Shown one piece after another: positions 12,601-24,600 of a stretch of 64,000 nucleotides of DNA. Position 1 is the first letter of the stretch; every line of letters begins with the position of its first letter. The notes beneath the pieces were generated by a model. It was not told where the DNA came from. It made no database searches and saw only the letters and a program-made list of their open reading frames with translations. The translations under genes were made by a program, and so were the position numbers. Source of the stretch: Amphiscolops sp. MND2022 (taxonomy: Eukaryota); the NCBI GenBank assembly GCA_964187785.1, contig OZ076414.1, positions 6,758,001 to 6,822,000 of the forward strand, given 5' to 3'.

Positions 12601-15600
12601 GAAGGCCGATCGGTAGATAAAAGATCATAGTTTGAATGAACAATGACCTTGGATTTTTCATATCTGATACTTCAAAAAAGTTCAAATCCGCGCTACATGA
12701 TACACAGAGGCGAAGCCGTGCTTCGCAAACACTTGCGAACTTTTGAAGAAAACCAAATAAGCAATATCATACGGAAAACCAAGGGTAAAAGATTAAAATT
12801 TTACAGCGCCAAAAAATACCCGAAGGGATACGCATAAGCCTCGAAAACCATTCTTCCCCAACTGAAAACAGCAAAAAAACCCATTCTTTCTCAACGGAAA
12901 ACCTTAAACAGAAAATAGAAGAAAACAAATTTCAAAATTTTTCGAAAGCATTTTTGATGGTCTCCGGTAAGTCGCAAAGCCTTGAGGAGTCCTCTCGCAA
13001 AACGTTTCGTTTCTTGTCAAAATTGAGCAGGGGCTTCGGTGAAAACAAATTTTAAAAAAGTCGCATAGAAAAAAGATCGGTCTTTAAAAAAACGGTCTTT
13101 TAAAACTAAAAATTGAGAAAAAATTTTCCGAATTGTTTCGAATTTTTTTGAAGTTTCCGCTAAGTCGCATAGTGCCGAAAAATGTGAAAAAGGGGCACTT
13201 CAGGATTTTATAACATTCGTTCTGTTGCAAGATATCAAAAAAATGAAAGGAGGACGCTTTGGGGACATTAAAAAATTTTTGAAAAAATAAGGGAGTCTAA
13301 AAAATTTTTGAAAAAAAAATTAGAAATTTGAACAGTCTCATAGTGCTGAAAATTCTGAAAAAAGGGACCCTTCAGGATTTTATAACATTCGTTCTGTTGC
13401 AAGATATCAAAAAATTGAAAGGAGGACTCTTTGGGGACATTTAAAAAATTTCGAAAAAAAGTCTCACAAAGCCGAAAAAAAGTCTCACAAAGCCGAAAAG
13501 TCTCATAGTGCCGAAAAAAGTCAGAACCTTCTGCTTCGGAATACTTGTGAAAAAAATTAGCGCATACCCACGGGTTCGAACACGAAACCTCTGGGTTGAA
13601 AAGCAAGCATCTTACCACTAGACCACGAACGCGTGAAACGTGCGAGTTGCCGCGTGAAATCAGAGAGTTGTCGCGCGGAAAAAAAGCACCCGCACTTTCC
13701 CATAACACTTGCTTATCGCAAGTGTAATTATAGAGCTTTTTAGTTGAGAATCATTTCTGTTCATCCCTGATTTTCATAGACTGACCCACATACGGTCCGT
13801 GTAGTGTGCACCCATACCTGTTGATGGAAAAAAGTTGACAGCTCTTTTAGCTGTAATCAGGAAAATTACTACGTCAATAATGAAGCGGTATCATAATTTA
13901 ACTCGGTAAAGAACTTAACGGGCGATTCTTGCTACTGTCCGGACGTAAAAACACTGGAACCCCCTCTAAAAACAACTACCTTTCAATAAAAGTGACAGTT
14001 ATATATAGACCCGGTAATTATTACGACCATTGCAGTGTCAAAAGCAAAAAAATGTAAACATACAACAGTTTGAAAAGTTCAATTAAATTTTATCTAGGAA
14101 ATTCAGTGAGAACATCACTGGCGGTGACCTGACCTCGAAACTGAAGCTCTTAGTGCCTTCTTTCTCCACGACGAAATGTTTTTTGGTTGAGTAGTTTGTG
14201 TATGCAGAACAGTCTTTGACTTGCAGACAATGCAAAACCAGTTTGCTCTGAGAACAGACGGAAACGAGCTTCACTGTCGCAAAACTAGCACCTGGAAAAA
14301 AACAAGGCAACATAAAATCTTCAGTTGTACCCATTCCACGGAAAACGTCATCAATTTGTGTAAGACAATAACAACCAGATGTTAGACAACTGGATAACAT
14401 CATAAGTGAAATTCAACTTGGACATCTATTTTTTTTATATTCTGGAAGAACCTGTCCTCTACAACAATGTATCAACAGGATGTAGTTATTACACTGTCGA
14501 TTAATTAACCCTAATAAACCTGGGCCTTTTTGCAAACTTTCGAAAAATTTAAGGGCTTGTAGTAACAACAGCATATTATTTTGTTTTGTTGACAAGGTCT
14601 TGTGGAAAGGCAAAGGGTTTCCTTTTTCTATAGGTCAAGCAAATTGGATTTAGCTAAAAAGGGAGTTTTGAAAAAATCTAACCATCTTTTCGCAAGAATA
14701 ACCCTTTTTCTCAGCTAAGGAGAAAAATTCACTTTTGCTAATGCTTGTGAGGTTCAAACCAAACACGGTACCAATGAAGTGTTAAATACACCGTTTCTAA
14801 TTTAGATGAACAAAATTTCAACTTAGTTGAACGCCGTGCTTCCTAATTCCACCAATGACAATCAATAAAAATCAATGCTATCACAATTTCAATTCAGATG
14901 AATGAAAGCTAATTTTAGTTGAATAAACCAGAAAGCTAACAAAACTCGGCAGCCAATTAAAACTGTCATTCCAAATTGTCACTTTGATTGAATAAAATTA
15001 CAATTTACTTGAATAAAATGAAAGGCCGAGAATCAAGCAGCAGTTGCATACGGTAAACGCACCAAATTCTCAGTCTCAGCGAAAGAAGAAGTTATTGGAA
15101 ATTGGTGATTTATTCATCTAAATTGGAATTTCATCCAATTAAAATGAAATTTTGTTGCGTATTTAGTTTTATCGCCACTCGCATATTCATCTAAAATGAA
15201 ATTTATTCATTCAAATTGACACCGATCAGCGGGCACATGTAAATGGAACGATTACATCTTATTGGTGAATTCATCTAACTTGAAATTTTGTTCATCTAAA
15301 TTAGAAACGGTGTAAAAGCTGTGCTAAAGAATATGGGCTACTGGCAGGATGAGACCGAAGTTTTTGAAAATGTATTCTTGAAGTACTTCGTTTTAATGCC
15401 TTAACGTACCTAAACACAAAGTATTTTCGAAGATATCGTCCAAAGTTGAAATTTAGGCTGTCGGAAAGACACGGTAAATTTCAGTGAGACATGATTTCAA
15501 TCATAAAAAGAGCAGAAACATTTCATTCATAAAAAGGACAAACATCAATGCTTATTTTCGAAAATGCTCAAAAATGGAGGAACTTGATGAGGAACCAGAT

Positions 15601-18600
15601 CTTGATGAGAGTTGAGACCCAAAAACGTTTGAAATAATCCTTGAGCAGAACGAACCTTTCGATTTCGTTTTCAAGTGATTTTGATTTGTCATAATTCACA
15701 TTTTCAAAAAACAACGATTGAGTTATTCTTTCTGAGTTATCGATTGAGTTATCCTTTTTTTTCTCTCACCTTCAGGAGGGCGGAGGAACCTTCGGAAGAC
15801 CAGCCCCTTCCCGGGTCCCATTTTGATATCCCCGAACGAGTACTTGCTCGGGTTGCCATTCTGTACTTTTAGGGGTTTCAGCACCGAAACGGGGAACCTG
15901 AACACTGGTCCGTACTCCACGTTGCGCTGATCGAAGGCCAGGATTTCGGCGAAATGGGCGGAGCCAGGTTGGAGACATTGCGTGTCCACGGAGGCATAGA
16001 ATCCCCGCGAAGTGTTTGTGAGGTACAGCATGCTGAAGTCGACCAATTTCAGTGTCAGGGGTCAGGGGTCACCCAAATGAAATGATTACACAGTGCACAA
16101 AAGTGTCATTTTTATGACATTATGAAGGAAAGAATGAGAATAAAGGCCATTAGGGGTTCTTAAATTATCTGAGTTAAAGATTTGGCCCTGGATCTCATTA
16201 ACAGCAATTTAAAATAATTTGCTCTAATTTTCAAATTTGATTGGCCCATTCTAAACACAGACAGAACGTATGTGCTACTTGTCCGGTTTGTGAGAAACTT
16301 TCGTTGAATTGTTCACTGAAAATGTTTTTTCAACATCTTCTTCAAAAGCTCTACAAAATATAGAAATGTACCATTTGGCCCAGCACGCTATATTCGAATT
16401 TTAGACGTTTTATCCGAAGTAAATTGCATTTTATTAGATAAGAGGCGGACGTTTGAATCTTATCAGTTTCGATTCCTTCCAAAATCGAAAGAAAAGCTCT
16501 GGTGAGAACAAAAAAGAAAACCTTTTAGGCCCAAAGGGGCCTCTCATTATATCGATAGATATTCTACGTGAATGAACAATGAGTTGCAAGACATTGATGA
16601 ATTTGTTGAGGAATGAAATTGGTCGTTACGGAGGAACATCAACCCAGGGCTGTGTAGCTACTAAGGACAGGGTCATACTGAAGTCACACTTCTGTTCTGA
16701 AGTCCATCTGCGGTTGTTTAAATAGGGTTCCACTGTTACATACGGCTTAGCCTCTTCTTTCAGCAAATCACATTCCTTGTGCAACAAGATTCCTCTTTTA
16801 GTGCCTAGAAAAATAAGCATATATATTGAGAGTACAGAAGTAATTTCGACACTTCAAATTGATCACATTTCAAATCTTCTAAAGGGACCGTGCGTATCGA
16901 AACCTCAATGTGAAACAAAAGCAACGTTTGTGTTTGCCCATGTTGAAGAAGGGGCGCGTTAAAAAGCTTTTCCGGCGTCAAGGCGTTGCCAGCTGCAGAG
17001 CCTCCTCACAGTGCTCATCGTAATAATGTTTTGAAATAGTTGAAATATTCAAATTGAAAAAAATCAGAGCGATGAAGTTTCGAAAAGGATTACAAAACTG
17101 CATAGAAACCCATCACAAATAAACTGTATCGTGTAAACGGTATGTACTAAACAAAACCAGTGACCCAGGTATGAAAAATCATCTGATCTGCAGACCGACT
17201 GAGTTGTATGAATGAAATGAATGAGCTTACAATGGTGGAGAATGCAAGTGGTGGTACCTTTAGCAGAAGTAACTTTGAAGGAGATATTTGTGAGACAGTG
17301 ATCTCCGTTCAGCTTCTTGGCGTGCTCGAATGCCTTGAGAACCTGCAGAACTCCGGGTCCCGACGAGAAGTGGCAATGGTTGGGCATCTTGGAAGCCGTG
17401 TTCTGGATAGCTCTACAACAGTTACAACAACAACTGACACATTACAATTCAAAGGAAAAATAAAACATATTTTTCAAAAAATGAGAGCAAAACAGAGCCT
17501 GAGAAATATTGCAAATGATAACGAAGTGAATTGTAGTTGGGGCATCTCCGACTTATGGGTAAAAGCAGCACCAAATTATATTCTTAAAAGCGCCACGACA
17601 GAAATCTCCTATTCCTGGGTTTTCCTATATCTTCAAAAGCCAAATTCCCAAAACATTTTTCAACAATTAACAAAAATCCATGCTTCGGAAATCATGTCAA
17701 AAGTCTACTCTCATTGCATTACTGTTTCTCAGTAAGTTCTTCATAATTGGGACAGTAAAAACAGTTGATTGTGACGTCATTACACTGTTTTTCGTTCTCC
17801 ACAAGAAGTTATATCCATGCGTGAGTTTTCCTCACTTCATCTATTTGAGTATTCACTAGTTTTTAACTACGTCGCCAGTAGACTAGGGGTGTCTCACAGG
17901 AACAGTCACTGTCGCTTCTAGATTCGGGCCCTAAGCTTTTTTATTTTCGAAGAACTCCGCTTTCTTTTCTCTGGCTAGTCTGCAATGCAAGAAAGTAGTA
18001 CCATTCAAGAAAAAAAGTAAAAAAAAAAACAAAAAACAATATTAGACACAACTCATTTCTATTGCGGTAAATAAGGCTTCCGTCGAGCGGGCGTCTGCAT
18101 TTGAAAGTCTTTTCTGATGAATTTCTGTTATGTAGTCTTCATTGAAATTGTTCTTTATAGATTATTCAACAGATAAATTATTATTATTATTATGACTGAT
18201 GACGTCATTGCTGACCAAGAAGTAGTGCCAAGACGTACCTGTGCACAGAGTAGGGGGTGTAGGGGATGTCCTCGTGTCTCAGGGCCGAGAGCAGCAGGGC
18301 GAGACTGCCGGCCACGTTGGGCGAGGACATGCTGGTCCCGTTCAACAGGTCCTCCCCACACTGGTCTGTCTGGCTCACACTCGTTATGGCGCCTCCGGGC
18401 GCACAGCACGTCACACCTGAACACATCTTTAGTAGTAGCAGCAGTAGTAGTACATTATTTAGGGGTTCAAACCCAAGGGATTAGAGGTGTACCGGACAAC
18501 AAGAATTTTCCTGTCTGGTGCACCTCTACAGGGGGTGTCAATCTCCTCATTTTTAGAGTTCGCGAATTTCGCTTCTGGGTTGCAGTTTCCACAGAAAGAG

Positions 18601-21600
18601 AATTCGCCAAGTACAGAAGTTGTTCACGTTGTAGCGTTGATCTAAGAAGTCCCAGTAAATTATTGTTAGTTTGCTCTTCAGTGATTTGACTATATGTTCT
18701 TCAAAGTTCACCTTTTTGCTGAATAAATTTTATAGACACACTGGTCTGTGCCAGAGCTTTTCCTCGTTTTCTTTAGTTAGTCTAGTCTTTTCACTCGGAG
18801 CTTTTTGAAAAAAAGGCACGACTCTTCGAGTAGCTAGTTTTTCTTCCGTCGAGGTGAAACGTCAACTTTCATAAATTTTTCACCTAACCTCTCTCGTATT
18901 TTGTTCCACTCGTCTTGCACCCGTTCCCACAGCTCAGCAACGCTCTCAGGAGGTTTAGAATACATTCGCAATTGGTACTTCAGCGTGTGCCAAAGGTGTT
19001 CAATTGGATTTAAATCCGGTGATTGAGGAGGCCAGTCCATAACTGTTATTCCATTTTCCTCAAACCAGTCTTTCGCCAATTTTGAGGTGTGTTTAGGGTC
19101 GTTATCCTGTTGAAAAACGATGTCATCTCGTCCCCATCCATAGTGTCGTATTGTACCCATGAGATTATCTGATAAAATCTCGCAATAAAGCTGGCTGTCC
19201 ATGTTTCCCTCTATTTTACACGCCTGACCAATTCCCAAAGAAGTCATACATCCCCATAGCATCAGGCTTCCACCTCCGTGTTTAAACGTACCCTGCACGT
19301 GGCAGTCCAATAATGGTGCTTTAGGCTTTTTCCACACCCACTGGAGCCCATCGGAACCAAATCTGTTTATTTTGGTTTCATCAGACCATATGACACGCTT
19401 GAAATCTTCTGGTGTCCAGTTGGAATACTTCCGTGCGAATTCCAATCTTTGTTGTCTGTGTTTTCTACTCAAGAAAGGTTTCTTCTTTTTCTTGATTGCT
19501 TTCAAACCACTTTTCCTCAATACTCGCCGGATAGCTTCAGGGTGCAATTGTGTTTCCATTGTATTTGAGAGCTCTTTAGCCGCATCAACAGCTGTTTGTA
19601 TCCTTCCTGACGACATGTCTCGGACGAGTTTTCTTTTGTCATATGGAGTTAATTTTGATGGACGACCTGCTTTTGGTTTTGCAAGGCCATTGAAATGCTC
19701 GCTCCTCAATCGGGTCACCGTCATATGACTAACAGATGGCACCTTCTTGGCAATTTGCCTTGTAGATAAACCCTCCGCTACATACTCGAAAATCTGCGTT
19801 TTGGTTGAGATGGGTATAACTTTCATAACAGAAACAAGTAATTAGAGACTGTGAGTGACAAAGAATGAAAATTGTAAACGGAAATTTAACAGTTGAAATA
19901 ATGTAGGAAGTGGTTTTTGCTTTTTGTAATGGCGCACACGAAATTGTAACAATAAATGTTTTATGATTCAACGTGCAACCAGAAAAAAGCGTGAAGAAAA
20001 ACAACTTCCGGTGATTGAAAACAACATGAGAAGAGTATGGTTGTTTTATTATATGGTTGTTTCTAACATAACATTTGTCTATGAACTAAAATACCCTTTA
20101 TTAGAAATATGCCTATCTATTGTTACACTTTCGTGAGGCACTGTACTTTAATGCTTTCATTCTATTTTTTTTATAATTTTTTCCTAGTTGATTTCTGTGA
20201 AAAGAAAGATTTCTGAGTATGAAAATAGGCCCCTGCAGGGCACAGTAATAATTCTGCATTAGAGTACAATAACCATTAAGGTTTCGCATTTGTATTTGAC
20301 CGCATAATTAACACTCAATGAAAGCGCTGCATGGCAGCTATCACAATTAAATTAACTACCTCAAGCTTGGAGTAGCCAATCAAAATTGGTAAAGTGGGTC
20401 GATAAAGAGATCTTGAAAAAAGATCACATTTACTGCTTCTTTAACATTTCAGCTAACGCAAGCTAATACAAGCCGCGAACGACCCAAGTAGGCGCCTGAG
20501 CGTTCAGAAAAGCAAAAATTTACAATGGGCGAAGGGACACTATTGTGAACATTTTCATCAATGTCACAGTGCCGTAAAATACCCGAAGAGATACCGTCTT
20601 TTTCACAATTATTGAGAAAACTCTCATCAGTCTCACAAGATCAAAACATAACCAAAGGGGTCACCCTTAAGACTCGGAAAATGGTTTTGCTTTTTGTTTC
20701 AAATATTTTCAATTTTCTTTCGGTAATTCGCAGAGCAAAAAAAACCTAAAGTGGCCTTCTATGCTCGCTAAACGCTTTGTTTCTTCTAAAATTCAAGGGA
20801 CACTTCAGTTTCAAAAACGTCGGGAAAATGTCGCATAGTGCCAAAAAAAAACAAAAGGGGGACCTTTTATGCAAGCAAAAAAAATTGTGGTTTAAGGCGA
20901 GACTCGAACCTGCCTTCGTACTCTTCCTTCTTCTCAGACCTCTCAGTCCCCAAATCCGAGTTAGTCTCTAGGCCAAGTGGCGGTGACAGTATAGAAACTT
21001 ATACACAAATATGCTCATAGAAATCTCACTTGGCTGGTTTCAAAAAAGCCACTGTTATAGTCTGTTCTTTTCTTCGAAATACGCCAATTAAAATATATTT
21101 GAGCAAACTTGAGTTAGAACAAGAGTGACTCACCGAGGAAGCCGTCACTGCATGGACCCCTGCTGGACCAGGAGTAGTGCTGGGACTGGGCCCCGCTGAC
21201 ACTGTGCAGGGAGTACTGGGCCTTGCGCATGGCGGGCGAGATGTAAGCAGACACGCCGAACACCCCGTCGCACGTGCCCCCAGGCGCGCCTCCCGTCCTC
21301 AGCGCGGGCCCGTTGTTGCCGAAGCTGACGACACACAAAAACGATCATCATTCAACAAAAACGATCAGTCACTACAATGTAATTACAGAGGAGAAGAGGG
21401 TAGGGTAGGATCACAATGTAGAAGGGTCAGGCGTCAAAACCTTGAAGAGAAAAACGGGGTGTAAAAACCAACCAACAAAAACAGTGGCGGATACAGAGAT
21501 GGTGCACAAAAATGTTTTGTCAGTGAGATTGGGTTCTTATCCTGTGACAGGGGCGGTTTTAGGATTATTTCAACGGGTGGGCGCACCGGAACGAGAGCAC

Positions 21601-24600
21601 CAGTTGAATATTTGGAACCAAGAAAACTCGGTTCATTTTACCGGCTGTGACATCAATTCATTTTATTCATCTTTCCAAAGGGACAGGCGGCCGTCCTTCT
21701 AGCGGCCCCCATAAAACCGGCCCTGTCCTGTGGCGTTTTTTTGTTTCCAGTTGGGGAAAAGTGATTTCCAAGTCTTATCGAGCACGAAAGGCATCATTTG
21801 AGTGTATCGAAACTTTTCTGAGCTTTTCATAAAAACGTCCTGAGCATATTTTAAAAACTGCGCTTTTTGAGCAGTGGGGGCAACTGTACTAGAGTGGGGT
21901 GCTTATTCGGATATTACGTCGCTTTCGCTTCTTTTGCGCTTTCGCTCCTCACAAGCAATCTAATTAATCCACTGGTGATTGTGTGCTTACCTGGAAACGA
22001 AGCAGAGGTCGTGGTCTTGAATAGAACGGTTGATTGCAGTCATGATGCGCCCAACTCCGTGGAAGGCCGAGGGCTCCCCGAAACTGTACAAACCAGGGAT
22101 TATGCTTGGAAATTCCATCAAAAAACACGCGAAATTAAAAGTAATACAAAATGTCCAAACAATTTCGATTCAAAAACAAGTTTGTTTAATAGCCCTAGAC
22201 TGGACCCAAGTAGGAATTGAACACTGGAAAATAAAAAATTCAAGGTATTTTTTGATGTTTCTGTCAAAAGAAAAGCGTTTCTGAGGCCACAGGTCGCCCT
22301 TTTGGATATTTTTTGCCACTCTGAAAGTAAAAAATTTCCTAAAAGGTACCATCCTGAGCATTTCTAACATTTCGAAACTTTACGCAAATCGGGGCACCGA
22401 CTTTAGACGGTCCCGCCTTGTCTTCTTGTAGCGTGATTTACATTCTGTTGTATAAATCTCACCTACAATCATATGTAAATATACAAAGTTTTTTTTTAAA
22501 AAAATATTAACATGATTAAGGCACAAAAACAATGGACGGAAATGTAAAACATTCAATCTGGAACACTTATGTCGGCGAAAACGTAAACGTTCGCACAACA
22601 TTGGTGTAGGTTGAAGTGAATAGAAGACGTGAATAGTTAGTTGTTTGGAGTGAATAGCAGCAATGCAAGCATAACTGTAGTTGGCGACGTGGATGTTGTT
22701 CCGATTGCAGTAGTCCATGGCACGCGTCAGAGCAGTGCCAGTCTCCATGGCGTGGATACGACTGTCCCCTATGTTGATACTGCAACGAAAGAATCAATAC
22801 TCATCCAACATTATTCACAATCACTGCGACACTTTTCAATATTTTTCCAGAAAAAAGCTAGTTACTGTGTTTATTTCAAATAAAATCAGTTGAAAGATAA
22901 TCAAACTTTTGTAAATTTTGTGATAAAATGCAGCCTATAATCAATTTCAAACAAACTTCAAATTGCAAGGAATACTGTTTATCATCAGCACGCATAGAAA
23001 GTGATCATCCCTCGAACGAGTTCAGGCTCGACATTCTCGATTGACAATTTTGAAAACATCAAAAATGCAAGTTTTTAGAAAGTAACAAGTTGCGTGATTC
23101 GTTTAGAGGAGGGTGATCAACTGAATTCGTGACTGAATTCGAGCAACATGAACGGATCAAGAAACTATTCAGCGGTTGATTCCAAGAGCGAGTCATCAAT
23201 TCACGATTCCTTTTTCAGTCGGCGTTTCCGATAGTTCCATTTTCGAAAAAAAAACAGAAACAGCGTTTTGCCCCCGTAAAGTTTTTCGACACTATGCGAC
23301 TTATCGAAGACATTTTTCTGATAAAAATTCAAAAAAAATTTCTCACCCAATTTTTCTTTTTAGCATTTTCAATTTTTTTTGCATATTAAAAGCCCTTTGC
23401 TCTTTTTGAAACTTGAGGAGGGGCGCCGACTCGGGAGGTAGGTTGTTCCCGGCTTGTTTCCTACCTTACAGCTAGCCAGTCAGCCAGCCAGCCACATACC
23501 TGACAATTTGAGCGCCTGGGGCGACTCCGTTCAAGTCGGGGTTGTCTGGTCGGTGGGCAGAGGCGATGCCGGCCACGTGGGTGCCATGGTGGCTCCTGGT
23601 CGTCACCAGAACTGTCACCTCCCCACTCTCGCCGTACACACACACCGAGTAGTTGCACATGCACTCCGAGGAGATGCGCCCCACGTCCAACGACTCTCGG
23701 TACGGGCGCAGCACTTGGCACGACTCCAGGTCGCCTAAAGACACACGAGAAGCACATACTGGAAAGCAGGCAGGGTTCACAGAAAAACAAGACTTTGGAA
23801 AAACCGTGTTTAAAACATTAAAATTTTCTGTTCAAAACCCTAGATCTATCGCATAAATAACGTTTATTAAGCAGCTAATGCTTAAAAAAACGTTCCAAGC
23901 CTGTCGATATTGGAATAAGAACCAGAAGCGCATCGGCAATTTTTCGGATGTCTTCCGCCAAATTGCTCAAGATTACTTGCGATTTTAGAAACTTGAAAAT
24001 ATCTAACTGAAATGAAAACAATTGAGCGAAATGAAGGCTTTTGTCATGTTTAAAAAACTCTATTTAAAACATGTTTAAAACACGTTTAAAACACCGGATG
24101 TTTTAAACATGCGAACCCTCAAAGCAGGGTTGGTTTTAAAAAAATATTCTTATACGTTTAAAACGTTGTAAAACAGTTTGAGAGCTGAAAACTCACTTGA
24201 CTCCACCATCACAAAAATTACTCAGAAAAAAAGGTTAATTCAGCAAGCACATACAAGGAGGCCAGTTTACGAACTTCTCAGGTTTCAGTCTATTCCGAAT
24301 TTCAGAATTCACGTGAGCCCTGCATGAAAAACTCTCGCCAGACCAGCTGAAGACGTGTGAAAGGTGGTCTGCGAAAATAAAAAAGCGAACTAACGCGCTA
24401 ACATGCAAACTCCGCTGGGAAGTAGTCGGAAGCACATTAGGTAGAAATATTAAAGTTTACGGGTCGATAGCTGTTTACGTGGACAATGACGCAAGCAAAC
24501 AGTTACAGAAAACTGAAATTACAGGATAATTCCAGAGAAAACGAGACAAACTAACAGAAAACAAAGGGCATAAATCAATTATATATTGAAAGGAAACAAG

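Noticed and set aside
5456-13632. Functional tRNA genes at 5456-5525 and 13562-13632
   Set aside because: A/B boxes are present but anticodon or acceptor stems are defective; called tRNA-derived only.
8530-13708. ORFs 8530..8838 and 13268..13708
   Set aside because: They lie in low-complexity subrepeats of a dispersed repeat family; F/K-rich translation reflects A/T runs.
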